This document shows positions 45,999-56,307 of a DNA stretch of 64,000 nucleotides, in pieces. Origin of the DNA: Candidatus Omnitrophota bacterium (GTDB lineage Bacteria; Omnitrophota; Gorgyraeia; 2-02-FULL-51-18); NCBI GenBank assembly GCA_023247915.1, contig JAHFFN010000001.1, positions 9,417 through 73,416 of the forward strand, given 5' to 3'. Under the pieces are notes generated by a model that did not search any database, had not been told where the DNA came from, and was given only the letters and a program-made list of their open reading frames with translations. The stretch's first letter is position 1. Each line of letters begins with the position of its first letter. Both the position numbers and the translations under genes were made by a program.

Positions 45999-46823
45999 TC
46001 AGGCATAGCAAACTCCACGCTCACTCGCGGTTTCTTCACAAACAACCCGAGGCTTACGAATATTCAAAAGATACTTGGTGATGCCATTACGCAATTTTTT
46101 GTACGATTCATCGGTATTAAATGTTTTTTTGTCGCGAGGCCGTGGAATTTCAACCTGGAAATCAGGCCCCAAGGTCGCGCGAGGTCCCGGATTGAGAGGA
46201 ACAATGCGGTCGGCCAAGAGAATCGCCTCATCAATGTCATTGGTAATCAAAACAACGGTCTTTTTTTCAGTTCTCCAGATTTTTTCAATCTCTATTTGCA
46301 AGGAACTGCGTGTGAGCGCGTCCAGAGCGCCCAACGGCTCATCCAAAAGAAGGATGTCCGGATTCATCGCGAGGGCTCTTGCCACGGAAACGCGTTGGCG
46401 CATGCCGCCCGAAAGCTCATGGGGACGTTTGTACACGGCCGCGGCGAGATTGACCATGCGTAAATATTTCATGATTCGCTCTTCTCGCTCAGTTTTAGAC
46501 TGATCACTAAAAACTTGGTCAACGGCAAGCGCGACATTCCCGTGTACCGTGAGCCATGGCAAAAGAGAGTAGTTTTGAAACACAACGCCGCGGTCGGGCC
46601 CTGGGCCGGTAATAGGTTTTCCTCGCAGTAAAATTTCACCTTCGTCCGGCGCCAATAAACCGCTGATTAATGATATCAATGTGGTTTTTCCGCTTCCCGA
46701 AAATCCCAGGATCGCCAAAAATTCGCCTTCTTCGATAGAAAGGTTAATATTTTTTAAAACATCCACACGCTCGGAACCGTGTCCGTAACCTTTGCTCACA
46801 TTTTTTAATTCTAAAAATGCCAT
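45999..46823 (-). CDS. nrtC: ABC transporter ATP-binding subunit (NrtC-like)
   Basis: GFSGSGKTT Walker [16 protein letters not shown] signature, [11 protein letters not shown]. Confidence 0.7.
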   Translation of the reverse strand: MAFLELKNVSKGYGHGSERVDVLKNINLSIEEGEFLAILGFSGSGKTTLISLISGLLAPDEGEILLRGKPITGPGPDRGVVFQNYSLLPWLTVHGNVALAVDQVFSDQSKTEREERIMKYLRMVNLAAAVYKRPHELSGGMRQRVSVARALAMNPDILLLDEPLGALDALTRSSLQIEIEKIWRTEKKTVVLITNDIDEAILLADRIVPLNPGPRATLGPDFQVEIPRPRDKKTFNTDESYKKLRNGITKYLLNIRKPRVVCEETASERGVCYA

Positions 46824-46835
46824 CCCATACTCCTT

Positions 46836-47852
46836 TTAGTGCGTCTCAGGCGTGTAACTCACAAGCGAGTGGAGCGTCACCATCACACGATCGAGAATAA
46901 AACCAATGATACCGATGGTGAAAACCGCCACCATGATGCGCGCTAAAGATTGGCTGGAGCCATTTTGAAACTCGTCCCAGACAAATTTTCCAAGACCTGG
47001 ATTTTGTGAAAGCATTTCAGAAGCGATCAGCACAATCCAGCCCACCCCGAGCGAAATCCGGAGACCCGCAAAAATGTAAGGCAGGCTTGACGGGATCACG
47101 ATTTTAAAAATCTTATTAAAAAATCCAAGTTTCAGGACACGCGCGACATTCAAATAATCTTTATCAATCGAGGCCACGCCGAGCGATGTGTTGATGAGAC
47201 TAGGCCAGAGACAACACAAAGACACCGTCACCGACGAAATAATGTACGATTTGGGGAGCCATTCCCTGGGCACCACATAAATCGAGCTGACAATCATCGT
47301 GACGATAGGAAGCCAGGCCACGGGGGATACGGGTTTAAAAATTTGTATCAAAGGCGTCAACGCCATTGAAAGCGTTCTGCTTAAACCGCATAAAATTCCC
47401 AGTGGCACCGCGATCACAGACGCGATTAAAAAGCCGGTGAACACTGTGCGAAGGCTGGTAAAGATCTGATCGAGATAGGTCGGTTTTCCGGTGAATTTCC
47501 GGTTCTTCGCGGGTTCCGAAGGATTTGCCGCCAGTTTTGCCGCGTTTTTCTCGGCTTGAATTTTGTAAAATTCGACTTCTTTTCTTCTTTCTTCTTTGTA
47601 TTCATGGGCGAGACTTCTTACTTGCTCTAGTACCTGAGCCGGTCCTGGGACTCGGCCAAGGTTTGTTTCTATCCCAGCGGCGGCGCCATTCCACACTAAA
47701 AGAAAAATCGCGAATGTCATCACCGGCACCCCGATTCTTAAGAGGATTTCACGAATTTGCTCATTCGCATCCTCACCGGTCGCCAAGCGTATCACGGGCG
47801 TGAACCACCCAAAACCCGCGATGGATAGAACCCGAATCAATTTATTTTTCAT
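46836..47852 (-). CDS. nrtB: ABC transporter permease (NrtB-like)
   Basis: 338 aa with 6 TM segments and a BPD_transp_1 EAA-like loop. Confidence 0.7.
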   Translation of the reverse strand: MKNKLIRVLSIAGFGWFTPVIRLATGEDANEQIREILLRIGVPVMTFAIFLLVWNGAAAGIETNLGRVPGPAQVLEQVRSLAHEYKEERRKEVEFYKIQAEKNAAKLAANPSEPAKNRKFTGKPTYLDQIFTSLRTVFTGFLIASVIAVPLGILCGLSRTLSMALTPLIQIFKPVSPVAWLPIVTMIVSSIYVVPREWLPKSYIISSVTVSLCCLWPSLINTSLGVASIDKDYLNVARVLKLGFFNKIFKIVIPSSLPYIFAGLRISLGVGWIVLIASEMLSQNPGLGKFVWDEFQNGSSQSLARIMVAVFTIGIIGFILDRVMVTLHSLVSYTPETH

Positions 47853-47860
47853 GACACACT

Positions 47861-49189
47861 CTATTTCTTTCCGATGGCAAATTTCTGCAAATATTCGTTT
47901 GGTTTTTTGCCGTCATAAGCGATATTGTCGATGAAATCGCTGGCCGGAGATTCCTTAAAGCCATCCGTTTGGGGAATGTCGGACTCCGCTAGCTTTCCTT
48001 CGGCGACAAGTTCTTTAGCCGCCTCCGTCCAAATGTCCGGACGATACACCTTCTTCGCCAATTCGAAATACCATTCATCCGGCTTGGATTCAATTTGCCC
48101 CCAACGCCTTATTTGCGTCAGCCACCAAATAGCGCCGGAATAATAAGGATAAGTCGTGTTATCCCTGAAAAAAACATCCCAATCCGGCTCGTCACGGATG
48201 TCGTCTTTTTCATATCCAAATTTTCCTTTGAGCATCCGGGAGATGATTTCATAATCGGCACCGACATATTCTGGCTTGGACAAAATTTTCGCGGCTTCTT
48301 CTCTATTCTCGACGCTCGCGTCAAGCCATTTACCCGCTTGAATCAACGCGCGCACGATCGCCTTTAGCGTTTCTGGATTTTTATCAGCCCATTCCTTGGT
48401 GACTCCGAAAACTTTGTCGGGCAGTCCTTTGGCATAAAAATAGCTGGAGGTCACCGGCACCCCGATGCCACGCACAGAAATTTGCGTATGCCAGGGGTCA
48501 TTCACGCAAACGCCTTGCACCGTCCCCGCTTGCAAAACAGCCGGCATTTGCGGAGGAGGGGTTACGGATAGCTGAACATCTCCCTCGGTATAGCCGTTCG
48601 TATCAGTCGGTGTATAAAAACCCGGGTGAATTCCTCCGGCCGCCAACCAATAACGAAAGGAATAGTTATGAACGCCGACAGGATACGTCATGGCAAGTTT
48701 GAAAGGTTTTCCTTCGTTTTTAAATTCTTCCACCACAGGCTTCATGGCATCCGCCTTGATAGGATGCACGGGCTTGCCATCGGATTGCACGGGAATATTC
48801 GGCTTCATTTTTTTCCAAACTTCGTTCGAAACGGAAATTCCCGCTCCATTTTGAGACATCACGTAAGGAACAATAATATGCGCTTTCGTCAGAAGACCTT
48901 CCGTGTGCCCGAGCGGAGCCGGCGCCAGCATATGCGAGCCGTCCAATTCACCGTCAATCACCCGGTCCATCAGAGTCTTCCAGTTGGCTTGAGCTTCAAT
49001 CTTGACATAGAGCCCTTCCGCCTCAAAAAACCCTTTTTCCTTGGCGATGACGATCGGCGCGCAGTCCGTCAATTTGATAAAACCCAGCGTCAACTCGTCT
49101 TTTTCAACTTCCGCGAACGCGACTCTTGTCATCAAACCTAAGCCCATACACACCAGCGAAATAACCATGATCCAAGTTTTATTTCTCAC
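47861..49189 (-). CDS. nrtA: Nitrate/bicarbonate ABC transporter substrate-binding lipoprotein (NrtA/CmpA-like)
   Basis: 442 aa with signal peptide. The length and sequence resemble the NrtA family. Lies in the nasA/nirBD operon. Confidence 0.65.
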   Translation of the reverse strand: MRNKTWIMVISLVCMGLGLMTRVAFAEVEKDELTLGFIKLTDCAPIVIAKEKGFFEAEGLYVKIEAQANWKTLMDRVIDGELDGSHMLAPAPLGHTEGLLTKAHIIVPYVMSQNGAGISVSNEVWKKMKPNIPVQSDGKPVHPIKADAMKPVVEEFKNEGKPFKLAMTYPVGVHNYSFRYWLAAGGIHPGFYTPTDTNGYTEGDVQLSVTPPPQMPAVLQAGTVQGVCVNDPWHTQISVRGIGVPVTSSYFYAKGLPDKVFGVTKEWADKNPETLKAIVRALIQAGKWLDASVENREEAAKILSKPEYVGADYEIISRMLKGKFGYEKDDIRDEPDWDVFFRDNTTYPYYSGAIWWLTQIRRWGQIESKPDEWYFELAKKVYRPDIWTEAAKELVAEGKLAESDIPQTDGFKESPASDFIDNIAYDGKKPNEYLQKFAIGKK

Positions 49190-49296
49190 AACCTACCTCC
49201 CATGGAATCTACTTTCATTTCTTTTTATAAAGAAACCAAATAAAAAAGCATTCACCCGATTTTTCTTCGAGGAACGCCTTCGCCCTAAAACTTTTT

Positions 49297-49316
49297 GGGA
49301 AACGCCTTTATTTCCC
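49297..49316 (-). promoter_or_regulatory. Intergenic RNA hairpin GGGAAAU-AAAGGC-GUUUCCC between nasA and nrtA
   Basis: Near-identical copy of the 45143 motif, about 108 nt upstream of the nrtA start. An AAGGCGTTCC block follows, as at 45143. Confidence 0.45.
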
Positions 49317-49407
49317 TAAATGACTTACAAGAGAATTCTAGCTTTCTTAGATTACGCCCACGTTACGACTGAATGAAGAACATTTGAACATCCCGAATCT
49401 TCGAAAG

Positions 49408-51642
49408 CTAATGCCTTTTTGGCCGTTCCAGAAGCGGCACTGCGATGGAGCGCTCAACACGCACAGCGGCCTGTTTATAGTTGGGTTCTCTGGAAATGGG
49501 GTCGCAATCGCTTACGGTCAAATTGTTCGCGTTGGCCTCCGCGTAATGGAACGGGATAAAGATTTGCCCGGGAGCGATCGTCTCCGTGACGCGGAGAATG
49601 ACACGTTCGACCACTCCGCGCCTGGATTCCACACGCACGTAGTCGCCATGTTGAAATTTCAGATTCTGAGCATCCCGAGGATTCATTTCCACCCAGGCCT
49701 CGGGAGACAGCCGATTGAGCAGAGGAATCGCGCCTGTTTTAGTCCGTGTATGCCAATGTTCGACCGTTCTGCCGGTATTCAACCAAAAAGGGTAGTCCTT
49801 GTCGGGAACTTCGGACGGCGCTTTCCAATCAATAGGCCAAAGTTTCGCGCGGCCGTCCTCCGTCTCAAATTTTCCATCCGTATAAAGCCTCACGGATTCT
49901 TTAGGGGAACGCGTGCTACCTTCCTTAAACGGCCACTGAATCCCACCATGTTTTTCCAGAAGTTCATACGTGATCCCCGAATAATCACACAGCCGTCCGT
50001 GAGTCACCTTTTTCCATTCCTCAAAAGCGTCGCGCGGGCCTTTCCAATGAGGGTAAATGCTTTCCGACACGCCTAGTTCCTTGGCAATCATGAGAAAAAT
50101 ATCAAAATCAGATTTGGCTTCTCCCGGGGGCTCGACCGCTTTGTTCACCTTACTGACCATGCGCTCGGAGTTGGTGTAAGTGCCTTCTTTCTCCCCCCAA
50201 ACCCCCGCCGGCAACACAAGATCCGCGACTCGGCTGGTTGGAATCGGATGATACCCATCTTGAACCACTAGAAATTCAAGGCGTTCCAAACAATCCAAAA
50301 GATACGCTTGATTAGGAAATGAAACCAGTGGATTGGTCGCGATAATCCAAAGTGCTTTAATTTTTCCGGTCAATACCCCTTCGATAATATCGGGGTAAGC
50401 CATGCCACGGGAGGTGGGAATGATTTCCTCTTGGATGCCCCAAAGCGCCGCGAGCTCTTTACGATGCTCGGGATTTTCAAATTTCCGGTAGCCCGGCAAA
50501 CCGGATGTAAAACCAGCCTCCCGCGTACCCATCGCGTTGCACTGTCCTGTGATTGAAAATGGCGAAGCGCCGACGCGCCCGACATTGCCGGTGATGAGCG
50601 CGAGATTACAAATCGCGTTCACCGTTTCGGCTCCCTGCGCGCTATGATTAACACCCATTGTCCAAGCAATAAAAGGAGCGTTGGCACTGCCGTAAAGAAG
50701 CGCGATTTGACGAATGCGCTCAGGCGTAAGACCCGTGATATCACTCACCCGATCCGGTGTCCAAGATTCCAGATCTTCACGCAATTTTTCAAAACCGTTG
50801 GTATGTTTTTCGATGTAGCCGCGGTTAATTTTTTCTTCCTTAATCAGAATATGCATCATTCCGTTTAATAGAGCGATATCACTTCTGGGTTTGATCGGCA
50901 AATGAATATCGGCCATCATGGCCGTTTTTGTCACGCGGGGATCCACCACAATAAGAACTCGTCTTTTGTTTTTCTCAAGACGATAACAAAGAATGGGGTG
51001 ATTATCCGCGATATTGGCGCCGATCAAAAAAACCAGATCCGCTTTTTCCAGATCTTCATAAGAGCCCGGAGGGCCGTCGCTCCCAAATGACCGTTTGTAC
51101 CCGGACGCGGCGCTGGCCATACAAAGCGTCGTATTTCCATCGTAGTTTTTGGTCTTAAAACCAAGTTGCGCAAGCTTGCCAAGTGTGTAAAATTCCTCCG
51201 TGACTAATTGCCCCGTACCGATGATGCCCAAAGATTCTGGGCCGTATTTGTTCTGAATCGTCTGAAAGCGCCCCACCATCTCACGAATAGCCCAGTCCCA
51301 GCCGACCCGTTGGAATCGCTTATTTATTTTGAGTAAAGGGTATTTGGCGCGATTGGGCGCGTTGATCGCGTCATGTTCACAAAGTCCCTTGGGGCAAAGC
51401 CGCCCTTCGTTGACGGGATGGTTCTGGTTGCCTCGCACACTCACCGCTTTTCCTTTTTTGACGCCAATAAAAAGCCCGCAGCCTACCGAGCAATAACCGC
51501 AAGTGGTGGGAATCCACCGGTCTGGAATTTTGGCTTTGGACATGTAACCAAATTGCTCATCCACGTCATAAGCGTACTTTTCTGTTTGAAGATCAATCCC
51601 TAAGCGGCGGCGTACCGACTGAAAAAATGTTTTTGGATTCAA
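49408..51642 (-). CDS. nasA: Assimilatory nitrate reductase catalytic subunit (molybdopterin oxidoreductase)
   Basis: CGYCSVGCGL N-terminal 4Fe-4S motif, MopB family length, C-terminal molydop_binding domain. No twin-arginine signal. Uses a TTG start overlapping the upstream stop. Confidence 0.85.
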   Translation of the reverse strand: MNPKTFFQSVRRRLGIDLQTEKYAYDVDEQFGYMSKAKIPDRWIPTTCGYCSVGCGLFIGVKKGKAVSVRGNQNHPVNEGRLCPKGLCEHDAINAPNRAKYPLLKINKRFQRVGWDWAIREMVGRFQTIQNKYGPESLGIIGTGQLVTEEFYTLGKLAQLGFKTKNYDGNTTLCMASAASGYKRSFGSDGPPGSYEDLEKADLVFLIGANIADNHPILCYRLEKNKRRVLIVVDPRVTKTAMMADIHLPIKPRSDIALLNGMMHILIKEEKINRGYIEKHTNGFEKLREDLESWTPDRVSDITGLTPERIRQIALLYGSANAPFIAWTMGVNHSAQGAETVNAICNLALITGNVGRVGASPFSITGQCNAMGTREAGFTSGLPGYRKFENPEHRKELAALWGIQEEIIPTSRGMAYPDIIEGVLTGKIKALWIIATNPLVSFPNQAYLLDCLERLEFLVVQDGYHPIPTSRVADLVLPAGVWGEKEGTYTNSERMVSKVNKAVEPPGEAKSDFDIFLMIAKELGVSESIYPHWKGPRDAFEEWKKVTHGRLCDYSGITYELLEKHGGIQWPFKEGSTRSPKESVRLYTDGKFETEDGRAKLWPIDWKAPSEVPDKDYPFWLNTGRTVEHWHTRTKTGAIPLLNRLSPEAWVEMNPRDAQNLKFQHGDYVRVESRRGVVERVILRVTETIAPGQIFIPFHYAEANANNLTVSDCDPISREPNYKQAAVRVERSIAVPLLERPKRH

Positions 51643-53354
51643 TGCTTTCCCCCGCTTTCGGTGAAAAAACCTCCGGGAATGTTTTTGGGCACCACCGTGA
51701 CAAAAAAAAGATATCGTCCTAAAAACTCGCTGGAAAGGGCGATCAAGAAAGAAATTCCGGCAAACACGGCCGTTCCTATTCCCGAAACCGCGTCGCGCGT
51801 CAAAAAGGAGCTTAGGTAAAAAAATGGGAGGATAAAACTATTCAAAGTTAAAAGTCCGATGCGTAAAAGAAAATGAACTCGGAAGCGCCGTGTCATCAGC
51901 AGTGCCGAATCATACAATTCAGGATTTTTCCCTTCATTGACTTGAAAAAGTCGTGCGAAAAGCACCAAGAGCTGAGAAAAACCGGCGACCGCCGAAATAG
52001 CAAGCCAACAAAGAACTGGTCCAAGACTCTCGCGCGTCAGATTCTTTCCCATAAACACCAAATGAAGACCATAAACCACCAAACTAAAAAGCGGCCCCAA
52101 AATAAATCCTGTAAGAAAGAAACGTAAAGGCGTGCGGATAGTGTTCCAGGCGGGTCTGGCTGGAACCAGATAAATTTTAGCGCTGGCAAAAATTCCTGCC
52201 ATGCCAGAAAAAGCGGCGATGCCGCCTATGGATACAAGGATCACTTCTGGAAACTCCAAGTGTAGAAAGGTTTCCGCTAAAAGTAAGGCCGCGTATGCCG
52301 CGCCCGCAAAAGAAAATAGAGAGAAAAATAAAATTTCACGGGAAAGCCACGAGCGCCGCCACATTCGAAGCGCTTTGTAAGCGTAGAGCGGACGCCCCAA
52401 ATGAAAAACAGACGCGGATAGGGCTAGCCCCGTCACCGCCAAAATACCCGACGCGCCAAACACCTGAAATTCTTCCAAAGGTTTTAAAAATCCGACGACA
52501 TGCGCCAAAAGACTTCCGAGCCACAGCGTCATCAGTCCTCCCGCCGCCAGTTGAGTCAGTACCGTCATGACGATCAAGGATGTGTGAGGCTCTTCCGGTT
52601 CAACGCGATGGCGGTTTAAGCGCATGGTATCTTCCGGCATCGATTCTGGAAGTGTGATCCGGGTTGTTGAAATAGTGATGCTTGAATCCGGCATATGGGG
52701 CGCATCCGCGGCCGAATGGTCTTTAAGCCACTCGGCGACATTCACTGTTTCGATACGAATCGCTTTTTCTGGGCAGGCCGCCACGCAGGCCGGCGCCATG
52801 CCATCCGCAAGCCGGCTATAACACATATCACACTTGGTAACAATGCCGCGTTCTTTATTAAATTGGGGAACGCCATAAGCACAATTCCAAGTGCAGTAGC
52901 GGCATCCGATACATTCTTCGGCCTTATGACGAACCACACCCGTTTTCGGATCTTTAAGATAAGCGTCTGTCGGACAACCGGTCAAACAAGCCGGATCGAG
53001 ACAATGATTGCAAGCCATGGACATGTGAAATTTCTTAGCATTAGGATAAATGCCGCCTTCAATCTCGCCGACACGCCGCCAGTTGACCGTCGCGGGATTG
53101 TTGTTCTGTTCATTGCAGGCCACCACGCAACACTGACAACCCACACAACGTGACATATCAAAATGAAAACGGTACTGTTCTCCGTCCGCCAGGGGCTCTG
53201 TCGGAATAAGCGACTCTATTGGCTCTACAACACCCAACACGGTGCCGGTGATTTTATTTCCGCGCGGCGCGTAATAGCCTTCCTTACCCACCCTATTTTT
53301 TAAGGGTAGATTGTATTTATCCATCATTTCAAAGATTAAAGACTCTTCCGGCAT
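51639..53354 (-). CDS. Fused 4x[4Fe-4S] ferredoxin (DmsB/NrfC-like) and polytopic membrane anchor (DmsC/NrfD-like)
   Basis: The N-terminal 200 aa carry four CxxCxxCxxxCP-type clusters. The C-terminal 330 aa have about 8 TM segments. Confidence 0.6.
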   Translation of the reverse strand: MPEESLIFEMMDKYNLPLKNRVGKEGYYAPRGNKITGTVLGVVEPIESLIPTEPLADGEQYRFHFDMSRCVGCQCCVVACNEQNNNPATVNWRRVGEIEGGIYPNAKKFHMSMACNHCLDPACLTGCPTDAYLKDPKTGVVRHKAEECIGCRYCTWNCAYGVPQFNKERGIVTKCDMCYSRLADGMAPACVAACPEKAIRIETVNVAEWLKDHSAADAPHMPDSSITISTTRITLPESMPEDTMRLNRHRVEPEEPHTSLIVMTVLTQLAAGGLMTLWLGSLLAHVVGFLKPLEEFQVFGASGILAVTGLALSASVFHLGRPLYAYKALRMWRRSWLSREILFFSLFSFAGAAYAALLLAETFLHLEFPEVILVSIGGIAAFSGMAGIFASAKIYLVPARPAWNTIRTPLRFFLTGFILGPLFSLVVYGLHLVFMGKNLTRESLGPVLCWLAISAVAGFSQLLVLFARLFQVNEGKNPELYDSALLMTRRFRVHFLLRIGLLTLNSFILPFFYLSSFLTRDAVSGIGTAVFAGISFLIALSSEFLGRYLFFVTVVPKNIPGGFFTESGGKH

Positions 53355-53356
53355 TT

Positions 53357-53734
53357 TTATTCGGTTTCTTTAGCGGATGGAATGGCTGACGGGGCAGTGG
53401 AGGGAGTGCAAAGCTTTGAATTTTTAAAATCAACGCAGATTTTTTCTTGAATGACTTTCACGGGATAAACTTTGACCTGCCCTTCACCACCGCTGAGCGC
53501 GCATCCGGTTTTAAGATCAATTTTCCAATTATGGAGAGGACAAAAAACCGACTTTCCCGATACGATGCCATCCGCCAAAGGACCTTGCTTGTGAGGGCAA
53601 TGATTGTCGATCGCTAAATATTCATTTCCCAAATTAAATAACGCGATTTCATAATTTTGATAAATCACGCGTTTTCCTTCTCTGAGTGGGAGTGAGCCCC
53701 TATCCGCTACCGGAACCCATTGCATTGATTCCAT
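53357..53734 (-). CDS. nirD: Nitrite reductase [NAD(P)H] small subunit
   Basis: CPHKQGPLADG...CPLHNWKIDLKTG, a Rieske-like NirD. Confidence 0.8.
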   Translation of the reverse strand: MESMQWVPVADRGSLPLREGKRVIYQNYEIALFNLGNEYLAIDNHCPHKQGPLADGIVSGKSVFCPLHNWKIDLKTGCALSGGEGQVKVYPVKVIQEKICVDFKNSKLCTPSTAPSAIPSAKETE

Positions 53735-56175
53735 TAGAGGCTCCCAATCAAGGCTTCCGCCTCTTTGGGCAAAACCAGTTCAGAGAATTGAAGCGGGTGA
53801 ATATTTTTTTCGGATTCCGTTTTCCAGGGATCCACCGCCTTTGATTTCGCCTTCGCCAAACGATCCAATAATCCTTTTTTTATTTCATCGGAAGCCAACA
53901 CCGTTTCACGGCGGATTGTCTCAAGGCCTACGCGTACCACAAAATCATAAGTTCTTTCCAAGTATTCGCCATTCTCGCGATAATATTGGAAAAAGAGCAG
54001 CGCCGCCTCGAGCGCCTCTTCGGTTGTTTTCACCGTAATCAAAATATCCGCCGCGCGCACGATTTTCCCCGCCCCACCGCCGATCACAACCTGCCAACCA
54101 CCTTCAATTCCAACCAACCCGATGTCTTTAACCGTCGCTTCCGCGCAGTTTCTCGGGCAACCCACGACACCCATTTTTACTTTTCCGGGAGTGTAGAGAC
54201 CTTCAAGAAGCGTTTCAAGTTTAATGCCTGTTTCAATAGAGTTTTGAGTGCCATAACGACAGAAATCAGTCCCCACGCAAGACTTCACCATGCGCACCGC
54301 TTTCGCGTAAGCGTGACCTGAATTCATTCCAAGATCCGCCCACATTTTCGGCAAATCTTCTTTTTTAACACCCAATAGATCGATGCGCTGACTGCCGGTG
54401 ACCTTCACCATCTTCACATTGTATTTTTCAGCGGCATCCGCGATCTTTCTGAGTTCATTGGGTGTTGTCACGCCTCCCTTCATACGTGGAATCACCGAAA
54501 ATGTCCCGTCCTTTTGAATATTAGCGTGAACACGATCATTGATATAACGCGCGGAGCGGTCTTCCTTATGTTCTCCCATCCAAACCTCATCCACCAAAAA
54601 GCTTAAGGCCGGCTTACAAAACGAACAGCCCGTGCTGTTGCCGTAAATATCAAGAATATCTTGAACTGTTTTTAACTTTTGTGTTTGGATCATCGTTCGA
54701 AGTTTTGTTTTCGCGAACGGCACGCAGGCGCACAGCACCTCTTTTTTTTCTTCTTGGAATTCGGCTCCCACCACCGCTTTTAAAATATCCCCGACCAAAC
54801 ACGCGCAGGTTCCGCACCCGCTCGACGCCTTGGTGCAAGCTTTAACCTCTGAGACTGTTTTAAGAGCGTTTTCACGGATGGCCGTGACAATCTGCCCTTT
54901 AGACACTCCGATACAGCCGCAAATCGTATCCGTATCCGGGCGTGACATGACATCCGTCGGGGAGCCAGGCACCGCGGGTGGCACGTCAAAAAGAAGACGA
55001 TGCCGCTTGTCTCCGACGCGATCTTGTTTTCGAATCATTTCTAAAAAACGGTTGGCGTCGGAAGAATCCCCGATAAGAATCGTGCCAATGACACGCTCCT
55101 GATGCACCACCACTTTTTTATAAACTCCGAAAGCATGGTCTTGATAGCTGATGACTTCCTTTTCAGGTTCTCCGTCTTTAAAATCTCCAGCCGAAAAAAG
55201 CTCAATGCCCATTACTTTTAGTTTTGTCGCAAGAGTGGACCCCTCATAAATGGAGCCTTTGTTGCCAGTAATAGTCGCCGCCAGCACTTTCCCCTGTTCG
55301 TACAGCGGCGCCACAAGACCATAAACTTTCTCGCGGTGCTCCACGCATTCGCCGATAGCAAAAATAGACGGATCGCTGGTTTCCAGGAAATCGTTCACCA
55401 CGATGCCTCGATTTATTTTTAAATCGGCCTTTTTAGCCAATTCCACGTTTGGACGGATCCCGCACGCGATCACCACGATGTCCGCCGGAACAATGGATCC
55501 ATCTTTAAAAAGCACTCCCTCGACAGAATCCTCACCCATGATCCGGTTAGTATTTTTATTTAGGAGAACTTCGATTCCCAGTTTTTCAATTTCCCTTTTT
55601 AGAAATTGTCCCCCCACCGTATCCAGCTGGACATCCATCAAGCGATCCATGATATGAACAACGGTTACCTGTTGCCCCTGATTCAAAAGTCCGCGCGCGG
55701 CTTCAAGCCCTAAAAGACCTCCGCCAATAACAACCGCTTTTTTGGCGGATTTACAATGCTCCAAAATTCCGTGTGTATCCGCCATATTTCTGAAAACATA
55801 AACTCCTTTTTTTCGAACTCCCTCAATCGGAGGAATGAAAGGATTACTACCTGTCGCTAAAAGCAAAAGGTCATAAGAAAACGCGTTTCCTTTGTCTGTC
55901 TCCACCGTTTTATTCAAGGCATCAATGTCTATAATTTTTGTGCCTAGATGCACGGTGATATTATTTTTTTTGTACCATTCTTCGGTATTGATATAAATAT
56001 CTTCGATGGATTTTTCACCCGCCAACACAGACGAGAGAAGAATCCGGTTATAGTTGTAATAGGGTTCTTCTGAGAAAACTGTGATTCTAAAATTTGGTTT
56101 CTGTTGGAGTATTTGATCCACACAGGCCATGCCTGCCATGCCATTTCCGACGACAATCAGATGCTTGGGTTTCAT
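53734..56175 (-). CDS. nirB: Nitrite reductase [NAD(P)H] large subunit
   Basis: 813 aa. FAD/NAD Rossmann motifs (VVGNGMAG), BFD-like 2Fe-2S and sirohaem/4Fe-4S nitrite-sulfite reductase domains. Confidence 0.9.
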   Translation of the reverse strand: MKPKHLIVVGNGMAGMACVDQILQQKPNFRITVFSEEPYYNYNRILLSSVLAGEKSIEDIYINTEEWYKKNNITVHLGTKIIDIDALNKTVETDKGNAFSYDLLLLATGSNPFIPPIEGVRKKGVYVFRNMADTHGILEHCKSAKKAVVIGGGLLGLEAARGLLNQGQQVTVVHIMDRLMDVQLDTVGGQFLKREIEKLGIEVLLNKNTNRIMGEDSVEGVLFKDGSIVPADIVVIACGIRPNVELAKKADLKINRGIVVNDFLETSDPSIFAIGECVEHREKVYGLVAPLYEQGKVLAATITGNKGSIYEGSTLATKLKVMGIELFSAGDFKDGEPEKEVISYQDHAFGVYKKVVVHQERVIGTILIGDSSDANRFLEMIRKQDRVGDKRHRLLFDVPPAVPGSPTDVMSRPDTDTICGCIGVSKGQIVTAIRENALKTVSEVKACTKASSGCGTCACLVGDILKAVVGAEFQEEKKEVLCACVPFAKTKLRTMIQTQKLKTVQDILDIYGNSTGCSFCKPALSFLVDEVWMGEHKEDRSARYINDRVHANIQKDGTFSVIPRMKGGVTTPNELRKIADAAEKYNVKMVKVTGSQRIDLLGVKKEDLPKMWADLGMNSGHAYAKAVRMVKSCVGTDFCRYGTQNSIETGIKLETLLEGLYTPGKVKMGVVGCPRNCAEATVKDIGLVGIEGGWQVVIGGGAGKIVRAADILITVKTTEEALEAALLFFQYYRENGEYLERTYDFVVRVGLETIRRETVLASDEIKKGLLDRLAKAKSKAVDPWKTESEKNIHPLQFSELVLPKEAEALIGSL

Positions 56176-56270
56176 AGAGACTTTTTATTGCTTGTCATGA
56201 GCGTTCCTTCTGATTTAAAAAATAAAATCCTTACCATAAACGAGCGATGCTTCTTCGCACCCGTTTAAAA

Positions 56271-56290
56271 TAAGGACGTCTTTATCCTAA
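56271..56290 (-). promoter_or_regulatory. Hairpin AGGAU-AAAGAC-GUCCU plus UUAUUUU between the GAF-ANTAR gene and nirB
   Basis: Same AAAGNN hexaloop closed by U.G as the 45143 and 49297 hairpins, but with a different (covarying) stem. The U-rich tail suggests a terminator/attenuator about 95 nt upstream of nirB. Confidence 0.4.
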
Positions 56291-56307
56291 TTAATTTTTA
56301 AATAAAA

